DNA from: Eledone cirrhosa
Lineage: Eukaryota
DNA length: 64,000 nt
Direction of reading: 5' to 3'
NCBI GenBank assembly: GCA_964016885.1
Contig: OZ024741.1
Coordinates: forward strand, 3,286,001 to 3,350,000
This document shows, one piece after another, positions 1 through 15,600 of this stretch. Position 1 is the first letter of the stretch, and every line of letters starts with the position of its first letter. The translations under genes and the position numbers were made by a program. Under the pieces are notes generated by a model that worked only from the letters and a program-made list of their open reading frames with translations, was not told the DNA's origin and searched no databases.

Positions 1-3000
1 TAGAACTACAGCAATATAGAGAGACAACATAACAACCACAGCAATATAGAAAGACATAACAACAACAGCAATATAGAGAGACTTAATAACTACAGCAATA
101 TAGAGAGATAACAACTAGCAGCAATATAGAGACATAACAACTACAGCAATATAGAGAGACAACATAACAACTAAAGCAATATAGAGAGACAACAACTACA
201 GCAACATAGAGACATAACAATTACACCAATATAGAGAGACAATATAACAACTCCAGCAATATTGAGTGACATAACAACTACAGAAATATAGAGACATAAC
301 AACTACAGCAATATAGAGACATAACAAGTACAACAATATAGAGAGATAAAAACTACAGCAATATAGAGAGACATAACAACTACAGCAATATAGAGAGACA
401 TAACAACTACAGCAATATAGAGAGATAACAACTACAGCAATATAGAGAGACATAACAACTACAGCAATATAGAGAGACATAACAACTACAACAATATAGA
501 GAGACATAACAACTACAGCAATATAGAGACATAACAACTACAGCAATATAGAGACATAACAACTACAGAAATATAGAGACATAACAACTACACCAATATA
601 GAGACATAACAACTACAGCAATGTAGAGAGACATAACAACTACAGCAATATAGAGAGACATAACAACTACTGCAATATAGAGACATAACAACTACAACAA
701 TATAAAGGGACAACATTACAACTATTAATATAGAGAGACATAACAACTACAGCAATATTGAGACATATCAACTACAGCAATATAGAGAGACATAACAACT
801 GCAGCAATATTGAGAGACAACATAACAACGACAGCAATATAGGGAGACATAACAAATACAGCAATATAGAAAGACATAACAACTACAGCAATATAGAGAG
901 ACATAACAACTACAGCAATATAGAGACATAACAAGTACAGCAATATAGAGAGACATAACAACTACAGCAATATAGAGAGACATAAAAACTACACCAATAT
1001 AGAGAGACAACATAACAACTACAGCAATATAGAGAGACATAACAACTACAGCAATATAGAGAAACAACATAACAACTACATCAATATAGCGAGACATACA
1101 ACTACAGCAATATAGTGAGACACAACAACTACAGCAATATAGAGAGACATAAATACTACACCAATATAGAGAGACAATATAACAACTACAGCAATATAGA
1201 GAGACATAACAACTACAGCAATATAGAAAGACAACATAACAACTACAGCAATATAGAGAGACATAAAAACTACAGGAATATCGAGAGATAACAACTACAG
1301 CAATATTGAGAGACATAACCACTACAGAAATATAGAGAGATAAAAACTACAGCAATATAGAGAGACATAACAACTACAGCAATATAGAGACATAACAACT
1401 ACAGCAATATAAAGGGACAACATAACAACTACAGCAATATAGAGAGACATAACAACTACAGCAATTTAGAGACATATCAACTACAGCAATATAGAGAGAC
1501 ATAACAACTGCAGCAATATAGAGAGACAAAATAACAACGACAGCAATATAGGGAGACATAACAAATACAGCAATATAGAGAGACATAACAACTACAGCAA
1601 TATAGAGAGATAACAACTACAGCAATATAGAGAGACATTAGAACTACAGCAATATAGAGAGACAACATAACAACCACAGCAATATAGAAAGACATAACAA
1701 CAACAGCAATATAGAGAGACTTAATAACTACAGCAATATAGAGAGATAACAACTAGCAGCAATATAGAGACATAACAACTACAGCAATATAGAGAGACAA
1801 CATAACAACTAAAGCAATATAGAGAGACAACAACTACAGCAACATAGAGACATAACAATTACACCAATATAGAGAGACAATATAACAACTCCAGCAATAT
1901 TGAGTGACATAACAACTACAGAAATATAGAGACATAACAACTACAGCAATATAGAGACATAACAAGTACAACAATATAGAGAGATAAAAACTACAGCAAT
2001 ATAGAGAGACATAACAACTACAGCAATATAGAGAGACATAACAACTACAGCAATATAGAGAGATAACAACTACAGCAATATAGAGAGACATAACAACTAC
2101 AGCAATATAGAGAGACATAACAACTACAACAATATAGAGAGACATAACAACTACAGCAATATAGAGACATAACAACTACAGCAATATAGAGACATAACAA
2201 CTACAGAAATATAGAGACATAACAACTACACCAATATAGAGACATAACAACTACAGCAATGTAGAGAGACATAACAACTACAGCAATATAGAGAGACATA
2301 ACAACTACTGCAATATAGAGACATAACAACTACAACAATATAAAGGGACAACATTACAACTATTAATATAGAGAGACATAACAACTACAGCAATATTGAG
2401 ACATATCAACTACAGCAATATAGAGAGACATAACAACGGCAGCAATATAGAGAGACAACATAACAACGACAGCAATATAGGGAGACATAACAAATACAGC
2501 AATATAGAAAGACATAACAACTACAGCAATATAGAGAGACATATCAACTACAGCAATATAAAGACATAACAACTACAGCAATATAAAGGGACAACATAAC
2601 AACTACAGCAATATAGAGAGACATAACAACTACAGCAATATAGAGACATATCAACTACAGCAATATAGAGAGACATAACAACTGCAGCAATATAGAGAGA
2701 CAATATAACAACGACAGCAATATAGGGAGACATAACAAACACAGCAATATAGAAAGACATAACAACTACAGCAATATAGAGAGACATAACACCTATAGCA
2801 ATATAGAGATAACAACTACAGCAATTTAAAGAGACATAACAACTACAGCAATATAGAGAGACAACATAACAACTACAGCAATATAGAGAGACATAACAAC
2901 TACAGCAATATAGAAAGACATAACAACTACTGCAATATAGAGAGACATAACAACTACAGGAATATAGAGAGATAACAACTACAGCAATATAGAGATACAT

Positions 3001-6000
3001 AACAACTACAGCAATATAAAGGGACAACATAACAACTACAGCAATATAGAGTGACATAACAACTGCAGCAATATAGAGAGACAACATAACAACTACAGCA
3101 ATATAGAGACATAACAAGTACAACAATATAGAGAGATAAAAACTACAGCAATATAGAGAGACATAACAACTACAACAATATAGAGAGACATAACAACTAC
3201 AGCAATATAGAGAGATAACAACTACAGCAATATAGAGAGACATAACAACTACAGCAATATAGAGAGACATAACAACTACAACAATATAGAGAGACATAAC
3301 AACTACAGCATTATAGAGACATAACAACTACAGCAATATAGAGACATAACAACTACAGAAATATAGAGACATAACAACTACACCAATATAGAGACATAAC
3401 AGCTACAGCAATGTAGAGAGACATAACAACTCCAGCAATATAGAGAGACATAACAACTTCAGCAATATAGAGAGGTAACAACTACAGCAATATAGAGAGA
3501 CATAACAACTACAGCAATATAGAGACATAACAACTACAGCAATATAAAGGGACAACATTACAATTATTAATATAGAGAGACATAACAACTACAGCAATAT
3601 AGAGACATATCAACTACAGCAATATAGAGAGACATAACAACTGCAGCAATATAGAGAGACAACATAACGACGACAGCAATATAATGAGACATAACAAATA
3701 CAGCAATATAGAAAGACATAACAACTACAGCAATATAGAGAGACATATCAACTACAGCAATATAGAGACATAACAACTACAGCAATATAAAGGGACAACA
3801 TAACAACTACAGCAATATAGATAGACATAACAACTACAGCAATATAGAGACATATCAACTACAGCAATATAGAGAGACAACATAACAACGACAGCAATAT
3901 AGGGAGACATAACAAATACAGCAATATAGAGAGACATAACACCTACAGCAATATAGAGATAACAACTACAGCAATTTAGAGAGACATAACAACTACAGCA
4001 ATATAGAGAGACAACATAACAACTACAGCAATATAGAGAAACATAACAACTACAGCAATATAGAGACATAACAAGTACAGCAATATAGAGAGACATAACA
4101 ACTACAGCAATATAGAGAGACATAAAAACTACACCAATATAGAGAGACAACATAACAACTACAGCAATATAGAGAGACATAACAACTACAGCAATATAGA
4201 GAAACAACATAACAACTACATCAATATAGCGAGACATACAGCTACAGCAATATAGAGAGACATAAAAACTACACCAATATAGAGAGACAATATAACAACT
4301 ACAGCAATATAGAGAGACATAACAACTACAGCAATATAGAAAGACAACATAACAACTACAGCAATATAGAGAGACATAAAAACTACAGGAATATCGAGAG
4401 ATAACAACTACAGCAATGTAGAGAGACATAACAACTACAGCAATATTGAGAGACATAACCACTACAGAAATATAGAGAGACAAAAACTACAGCAATATAG
4501 AGAGACATAACAACTACAGCAATATAGAGACATAACAACTACAGCAATATAAAGGGACAACATAACAACTACAGCAATATAGAGAGACATAACAACTACA
4601 GCAATTTAGAGACATATCAACTACAGCAATATAGAGAGACATAACAACTGCAGCAATATAGAGAGACAAAATAACAACGACAGCAATATAGGGAGACATA
4701 ACAAATACAGCAATATAGAGAGACATAACAACTACAGCAATATAGAGAGATAACAACTACAGCAATATAGAGAGACATTAGAACTACAGCAATATAGAGA
4801 GACAACATAACAACCACAGCAATATAGAAAGACATAACAACAACAGCAATATAGAGAGACTTAATAACTACAGCAATATAGAGAGATAACAACTAGCAGC
4901 AATATAGAGACATAACAACTACAGCAATATAGAGAGACAACATAACAACTAAAGCAATATAGAGAGACAACAACTACAGCAACATAGAGACATAACAATT
5001 ACACCAATATAGAGAGACAATATAACAACTCCAGCAATATTGAGAGACATAACAACTACAGAAATATAGAGACATAACAACTACAGCAATATAGAGACAT
5101 AACAAGTACAACAATATAGAGAGATAAAAACTACAGCAATATAGAGAGACATAACAACTACAGCAATATAGAGAGACATAACAACTACAGCAATATAGAG
5201 AGATAACAACTACAGCAATATAGAGAGACATAACAACTACAGCAATATAGAGAGACATTACAACTACAACAATATAGAGAGACATAACAACTACAGCAAT
5301 ATAGAGACATAACAACTACAGCAATATAGAGACATAACAACTACAGAAATATAGAGACATAACAACTACACCAATATAGAGACATAACAACTACAGCAAT
5401 GTAGAGAGACATAACAACTACAGCAATATAGAGAGACATAACAACTACTGCAATATAGAGACATAACAACTACAACAATATAAAGGGACAACATTACAAC
5501 TATTAATATAGAGAGACATAACAACTACACCAATATAGAGACATATCAACTACAGCAATATAGAGAGACATAACAACTGCAGCAATATAGAGAGACAACA
5601 TAACAACGACAGCAATATAGGGAGACATAACAAATACAGCAATATAGAAAGACATAACAACTACAGCAATATAGAGAGACATATCAACTACAGCAATATA
5701 AAGACATAACAACTACAGCAATATAAAGGGACAACATAACAACTACAGCAATATAGAGAGACATAACAACTACAGCAATATAGAGACATATCAACTGCAG
5801 CAATATAGAGAGACAACATAACAACGACAGCAATATAGGGAGACATAACAAATACAGCAATATAGAAAGACATAACAACTACAGCAATATAGAGAGACAT
5901 ATCAACTACAGCAATATAAAGACATAACAACTACAGCAATATAAAGGGACAACATAACAACTACAGTAATATAGAGAGACATAACAACTACAGCAATATA

Positions 6001-9000
6001 GAGACATATCAACTACAGCAATATAGAGAGACAACATAACAACGACAGCAATATAGAAAGACATAACAACTACAGCAATATAGAGAGACATAACAACTAC
6101 AGCAATATAGAGAGACATAACAACTACAGCAATATAGAGAGACAACATAACAACTACAGCAATATACAGACATAACAACTACAGTAATATAGAAAGACAT
6201 AACAACTACGGCAATATAGAGAGACATAATAACTACAGCAATATAGAGAGATAACAACTACAGCAATATAGAGAGACATAACAACTACAGCAATATAGAG
6301 ACATATCAACTACAGCAATATAGAGAGACATAACAACTGCAGCAATATAGAGAGACAATATAACAACGACAGCAATATAGGGAGACATAACAAACACAGC
6401 AATATAGAAAGACATAACAACTACAGCAATATAGAGAGACATAACACCTATAGCAATATAGAGATAACAACTACAGCAATTTAAAGAGACATAACAACTA
6501 CAGCAATATAGAGAGACAACATAACAACTACAGCAATATAGAGAGACATAACAACTACAGCAATATAGAAAGACATAACAACTACTGCAATATAGAGAGA
6601 CATAACAACTACAGGAATATAGAGAGATAACAACTACAGCAATATAGAGATACATAACAACTACAGCAATATAAAGGGACAACATAACAACTACAGCAAT
6701 ATAGAGTGACATAACAACTGCAGCAATATAGAGAGACAACATAACAACTACAGCAATATAGAGACATAACAAGTACAACAATATAGAGAGATAAAAACTA
6801 CAGCAATATAGAGAGACATAACAACTACAACAATATAGAGAGACATAACAACTACAGCAATATAGAGAGATAACAACTACAGCAATATAGAGAGACATAA
6901 CAACTACAGCAATATAGAGAGACATAACAACTACAACAATATAGAGAGACATAACAACTACAGCATTATAGAGACATAACAACTACAGCAATATAGAGAC
7001 ATAACAACTACAGAAATATAGAGACATAACAACTACACCAATATAGAGACATAACAGCTACAGCAATGTAGAGAGACATAACAACTCCAGCAATATAGAG
7101 AGACATAACAACTTCAGCAATATAGAGAGGTAACAACTACAGCAATATAGAGAGACATAACAACTACAGCAATATAGAGACATAACAACTACAGCAATAT
7201 AAAGGGACAACATTACAATTATTAATATAGAGAGACATAACAACTACAGCAATATAGAGACATATCAACTACAGCAATATAGAGAGACATAACAACTGCA
7301 GCAATATAGAGAGACAACATAACGACGACAGCAATATAGGGAGACATAACAAATACAGCAATATAGAAAGACATAACAACTACAGCAATATAGAGAGACA
7401 TATCAACTACAGCAATATAGAGACATAACAACTACAGCAATATAAAGGGACAACATAACAACTACAGCAATATAGATAGACATAACAACTACAGCAATAT
7501 AGAGACATATCAACTACAGCAATATAGAGAGACAACATAACAACGACAGCAATATAGGGAGACATAACAAATACAGCAATATAGAGAGACATAACACCTA
7601 CAGCAATATAGAGATAACAACTACAGCAATTTAGAGAGACATAACAACTACAGCAATATAGAGAGACAACATAACAACTACAGCAATATAGAGAAACATA
7701 ACAACTACAGCAATATAGAGACATAACAAGTACAGCAATATAGAGAGACATAACAACTACAGCAATATAGAGAGACATAAAAACTACACCAATATAGAGA
7801 GACAACATAACAACTACAGCAATATAGAGAGACATAACAACTACAGCAATATAGAGAAACAACATAACAACTACATCAATATAGCGAGACATACAACTAC
7901 AGCAATATAGTGAGACACAACAACTACAGCAATATAAAGAGACATAAAAACAACACCAATATAGAGAGACAATATAACAACTACAGCAATATAGAGAGAC
8001 ATAACAACTACAGCAATATAGAAAGACAACATAACAACTACAGCAATATAGAGAGACATAAAAACTACAGGAATATCGAGAGATAACAACTACAGCAATA
8101 TTGAGAGACATAACCACTACAGAAATATAGAGAGATAAAAACTACAGCAATATAGAGAGACATAACAACTACAGCAATATAGAGACATAACAACTACAGC
8201 AATATAAAGGGACAACATAACAACTACAGCAATATAGAGAGACATAACAACTACAGCAATTTAGAGACATATCAACTACAGCAATATAGAGAGACATAAC
8301 AACTGCAGCAATATAGAGAGACAAAATAACAACGACAGCAATATAGGGAGACATAACAAATACAGCAATATAGAGAGACATAACAACTACAGCAATATAG
8401 AGAGATAACAACTACAGCAATATAGAGAGACATTAGAACTACAGCAATATAGAGAGACAACATAACAACCACAGCAATATAGAAAGACATAACAACAACA
8501 GCAATATAGAGAGACTTAATAACTACAGCAATATAGAGAGATAACAACTAGCAGCAATATAGAGACATAACAACTACAGCAATATAGAGAGACAACATAA
8601 CAACTAAAGCAATATAGAGAGACAACAACTACAGCAACATAGAGACATAACAATTACACCAATATAGAGAGACAATATAACAACTCCAGCAATATTGAGA
8701 GACATAACAACTACAGAAATATAGAGACATAACAACTACAGCAATATAGAGACATAACAAGTACAACAATATAGAGAGATAAAAACTACAGCAATATAGA
8801 GAGACATAACAACTACAGCAATATAGAGAGACATAACAACTACAGCAATATAGAGAGATAACAACTACAGCAATATAGAGAGACATAACAACTACAGCAA
8901 TATAGAGAGACATAACAACTACAACAATATAGAGAGACATAACAACTACAGCAATATAGAGACATAACAACTACAGCAATATAGAGACATAACAACTACA

Positions 9001-9634
9001 GAAATATAGAGACATAACAACTACACCAATATAGAGACATAACAACTACAGCAATGTAGAGAGTCATAACAACTACAGCAATATAGAGAGACATAACAAC
9101 TACTGCAATATAGAGACATAACAACTACAACAATATAAAGGGACAACATTACAACTATTAATATAGAGAGACATAACAACTACAGCAATATTGAGACATA
9201 TCAACTACAGCAATATAGAGAGACATAACAACTGCAGCAATATAGAGAGACAACATAACAACGACAGCAATATAGGGAGACATAACAAATACAGCAATAT
9301 AGAAAGACATAACAACTACAGCAATATAGAGAGACATATCAACTACAGCAATATAAAGACATAACAACTACAGCAATATAAAGGGACAACATAACAACTA
9401 CAGCAATATAGAGAGACATAACAACTACAGCAATATAGAGACATATCAACTACAGCAATATAGAGAGACAACATAACAACGACAGCAATATAGAAAGACA
9501 TAACAACTACAGCAATATAGAGAGACATAACAACTACAGCAATATAGAGAGACATAACAACTACAGCAATATAGAGAGACAATATAACAACTACAGCAAT
9601 ATACAGACATAACAACTACAGTAATATAGAAAGA

Positions 9635-12600
9635 CATAACAACTACGGCAATATAGAGAGACATATTAACTACAGCAATATAGAGAGATAACAACTACAG
9701 CAATATAGAGAGACATAACAACTACAGCAATATAGAGACATATCAACTACAGCAATATAGAGAGACATAACAACTGCAGCAATATAGAGAGACAATATAA
9801 CAACGACAGCAATATAGAGACATAACAAGTACAACAATATAGAAAGACATAACAACTACAGCAATATAGAGAGACATAACACCTATAGCAATATAGAGAT
9901 AACAACTACAGCAATTTAAAGAGACATAACAACTACAGCAATATAGAGAGACAACATAACAACTACAGCAATATAGAGAGACATAACAACTACAGCAATA
10001 TAGAAAGACATAACAACTACTGCAATATAGAGAGACATAACAACTACAGGAATATAGAGAGATAACAACTACAGCAATATAGAGATACATAACAACTACA
10101 GCAATATAAAGGGACAACATAACAACTACAGCAATATAGAGTGACATAACTACTGCAGCAATATAGAGAGACAACATAACAACTACAGCAATATAGAGAC
10201 ATAACAAGTACAACAATATAGAGAGATAAAAACTACAGCAATATAGAGAGACATAACAACTACAACAATATAGAGAGACATAATAACTACAGCAATATAG
10301 AGAGATAACAACTACAGCAATATAGAGAGACATAACAACTACAGCAATATAGAGAGACATAACAACTACAACAATATAGAGAGACATAACAACTACAGCA
10401 TTATAGAGACATAACAACTACAGCAATATAGAGACATAACAACTACAGAAATATAGAGACATAACAACTACACCAATATAGAGACATAACAGCTACAGCA
10501 ATGTAGAGAGACATAACAACTCCAGCAATATAGAGAGACATAACAACTTCAGCAATATAGAGAGGTAACAACTACAGCAATATAGAGAGACATAACAACT
10601 ACAGCAATATAGAGACATAACAACTACAGCAATATAAAGGGACAACATTACAATTATTAATATAGAGAGACATAACAACTACAGCAATATAGAGACATAT
10701 CAAGTACAGCAATATAGAGAGACATAACAACTGCAGCAATATAGAGAGACAACATAACGACGACAGCAATATAGGGAGACATAACAAATACAGCAATATA
10801 GAAAGACATAACAACTACAGCAATATAGAGAGACATATCAACTACAGCAATATAGAGACATAACAACTACAGCAATATAAAGGGACAACATAACAACTAC
10901 AGCAATATAGATAGACATAACAACTACAGCAATATAGAGACATATCAACTACAGCAATATAGAGAGACAACATAACAACGACAGCAATATAGGGAGACAT
11001 AACAAATACAGCAATATAGAGAGACATAACACCTACAGCAATATAGAGATAACAACTACAGCAATTTAGAGAGACATAACAACTACAGCAATATAGAGAG
11101 ACAACATAACAACTACAGCAATATAGAGAAACATAACAACTACAGCAATATAGAAAGACATAACAACTACAGCAATATAGAGAGACATAACAACTACAGC
11201 AATATAGAAAGACATAACAACTACAGCAATATAGAGAGACATAACAACTACAGGAATATAGAGAGATAACAACTACAGCAATATAAAGACACATAACAAC
11301 TACAGCAATATAAAGGGACAACATAACTACTACAGCAATATAGAGAGACATAACAACTGCAGCAATATAGAGAGACAACATAACAACTACAACAATATAG
11401 AGAGACATAACAACTACAGCAATATAGAGACATAACAAGTACAGCAATATAGAGAGACATAACAACAACAGCAATATAGAGAGACATAACAAATACAGCA
11501 ATATAGAGACATAACAACTACAGCAATATAGAGAGACAACATAACATATAAAGCAATATAGTGAGCCATAGCAACTACAGCAATATAGAGACATAACAAC
11601 TACAGCAATATAGAGAGACAACATAACAACTCCAGCAATATAGAGAAACATAACAACTACAGCAATATAGAGACATAACAACTACAGCAATATAGAGACA
11701 TAACAACTACAGCAATATAGAGATACAACATAACAACTACAGCAATATAGAGAGACAACAACTACAGCAACATAGAGACATAACAACCACACCAATATAG
11801 AGAGACAACATAACAACTACAGCAATATAGAGAGACATAACAACTACAGCAATATAGAGACATAACAACTACAGCAATATAGAGAGACAATATAATAACT
11901 ACAGCAATATGGAGAGACATAACAACTACAGCAATATAGAAAGAAAACATAACAACTACAGCAATATAGAGAGACATAACAACTACAGCAATATCGAGAG
12001 ATAACAACTACAGCAATATTGAGAGACATAACCACTACAGCAATATAGAGAGATAAAAACTACAGCAATATAGAGAGACATAACAACTACAGCAATATAG
12101 AGACATAACAAGTACAGCAATATAGAGAGACATAACAACAACAGCAATATAGAGAGACATAACAACTACAGCAATATAGAGACATAACAACTACAGCAAT
12201 ATAGAGAGACAACATAACATATAAAGCAATATAGTGAGTCATAACAACTACAGCAATATAGAGACATAACAACTACAGCAATATAGAGAGACAACATAAC
12301 AACTCCAGCAATATATAAAGACATAACAACTACAGCAATATAGAGACATAACAACTACAGCATTATAGAGACATAACAACTACAGCAATATAGAGAGACA
12401 ACATAACAACTACAGCAATATAGAGAGACAACAACTACAGCAACATAGAGACATAACAACCACACCAATATAGAGAGACAACATAACTACAGCAATATAG
12501 AGAGACATAACAACTACAGCAATATAGAGACATAACAACTACAGCAATATACAGAGACAATATAACAACTACAGCAATATGGAGAGACAATATAACAACT

Positions 12601-15600
12601 GCAGCAATATAGAGACATAACGACTACAGCAATATAGAAACATAACAACTACAGCAATATAGAGACATAACAACTACAGAAATATAGAGACATAACAGCT
12701 ACAGCAATATAGAGACATAATAACTACAGCAATATAAATGGACAACATAACAACTACAGCATTATAGAGAGACATACCAACTACAGCAATATAGAGACAT
12801 AACAACTACAGCAATATAGAGAGACATAACAACTGCAGCAATATAGAGAGACAACATAACAACGACAGCAATATAGGGAGACATAACAAATACAGCAATA
12901 TAGAAAGACATAAAAACTACAGCAATATAGAGAGACATAACAACTACAGCAATATAGAGACATAACAAGTACGGCAATATAGAGAGACATAACAACTATA
13001 GCAATATAGAGAGACATAACAACTACAGCAATATAGAGACATAACAACTACAGCAATATAGAGAGAAAACATAACAACTACAGCAATATAGAGACATAAC
13101 AACTACAGCAATATAGAGACATAACAAATACAGCAATATAGAGAGACAACATAACAACTACAGCAATATAGAGAGACATAACAACTACAACAATATAGAG
13201 ACACATAACAACTACAACAATATAGAGACATAACAACTACAGCAATATAGAGACATAACAACTACAGAAATATAGAGACATAACAACTACAGCAATATAG
13301 AGACATAACAACTACGGCGATGTAGAGAGACATAACAACTACAGCAATATAGAGAGACATAACAACTACAGCAATATAGAGACATAACAACTACAGCAAT
13401 ATAGAGACATAACAACTACAGCAATATAGAGACATAACAAGTACAACAATATAGAGAGATAAAAACTACAGCAATATAGAGAGACATAACAACTACAGCA
13501 ATATAGAGAGACATAACAACTACAGCAATATAGAGAGATAAGAACTACAGCAATATAGAGAGACATAACAACTACAGCAATATAGAGAGACATAACAACT
13601 ACTGCAATATAGAGACATAACAACTACAGCAATATAGAGACATAACAACTACAGAAATATAGAGACATAACAACTACACCAATATAGAGACATAACAACT
13701 ACAGCAATGTAGAGAGACATAACAACTACAGCAATGTAGACAGACATAACAACTAAAGCAATATAGAGAGGTAACAACTACGGCAATATAGAGAGACATA
13801 TTAACTACAGCAATATAGAGAGATAACAACTACAGCAATATAGAGAGACATAACAACTACAGCAATATAGAGACATATCAACTACAGCAATATAGAGAGA
13901 CATAACAACTGCAGCAATATAGAGAGACAATATAACAACGACAGCAATATAGAGACATAACAAGTACAACAATATAGAAAGACATAACAACTACAGCAAT
14001 ATAGAGAGACATAACACCTATAGCAATATAGAGATAACAACTACAGCAATTTAAAGAGACATAACAACTACAGCAATATAGAGAGACAACATAACAACTA
14101 CAGCAATATAGAGAGACATAACAACTACAGCAATATAGAAAGACATAACAACTACTGCAATATAGAGAGACATAACAACTACAGGAATATAGAGAGATAA
14201 CAACTACAGCAATATAGAGATACATAACAACTACAGCAATATAAAGGGACAACATAACAACTACAGCAATATAGAGTGACATAACTACTGCAGCAATATA
14301 GAGAGACAACATAACAACTACAGCAATATAGAGACATAACAAGTACAACAATATAGAGAGATAAAAACTACAGCAATATAGAGAGACATAACAACTACAA
14401 CAATATAGAGAGACATAATAACTACAGCAATATAGAGAGATAACAACTACAGCAATATAGAGAGACATAACAACTACAGCAATATAGAGAGACATAACAA
14501 CTACAACAATATAGAGAGACATAACAACTACAGCATTATAGAGACATAACAACTACAGCAATATAGAGACATAACAACTACAGAAATATAGAGACATAAC
14601 AACTACACCAATATAGAGACATAACAGCTACAGCAATGTAGAGAGACATAACAACTCCAGCAATATAGAGAGACATAACAACTTCAGCAATATAGAGAGG
14701 TAACAACTACAGCAATATAGAGAGACATAACAACTACAGCAATATAGAGACATAACAACTACAGCAATATAAAGGGACAACATTACAATTATTAATATAG
14801 AGAGACATAACAACTACAGCAATATAGAGACATATCAACTACAGCAATATAGAGAGACATAACAACTGCAGCAATATAGAGAGACAACATAACGACGACA
14901 GCAATATAGGGAGACATAACAAATACAGCAATATAGAAAGACATAACAACTACAGCAATATAGAGAGACATATCAACTACAGCAATATAGAGACATAACA
15001 ACTACAGCAATATAAAGGGACAACATAACAACTACAGCAATATAGATAGACATAACAACTACAGCAATATAGAGACATATCAACTACAGCAATATAGAGA
15101 GACAACATAACAACGACAGCAATATAGGGAGACATAACGAATACAGCAATATAGAGAGACATAACACCTACAGCAATATAGAGATAACAACTACAGCAAT
15201 TTAGAGAGACATAACAACTACAGCAATATAGAGAGACAACATAACAACTACAGCAATATAGAGAAACATAACAACTACAGCAATATAGAAAGACATAACA
15301 ACTACAGCAATATAGAGAGACATAACAACTACAGCAATATAGAAAGACATAACAACTACAGCAATATAGAGAGACATAACAACTACAGGAATATAGAGAG
15401 ATAACAACTACAGCAATATAAAGACACATAACAACTACAGCAATATAAAGGGACAACATAACTACTACAGCAATATAGAGAGACATAACAACTGCAGCAA
15501 TATAGAGAGACAACATAACAACTACAACAATATAGAGAGACATAACAACTACAGCAATATAGAGACATAACAAGTACAGCAATATAGAGAGACATAACAA

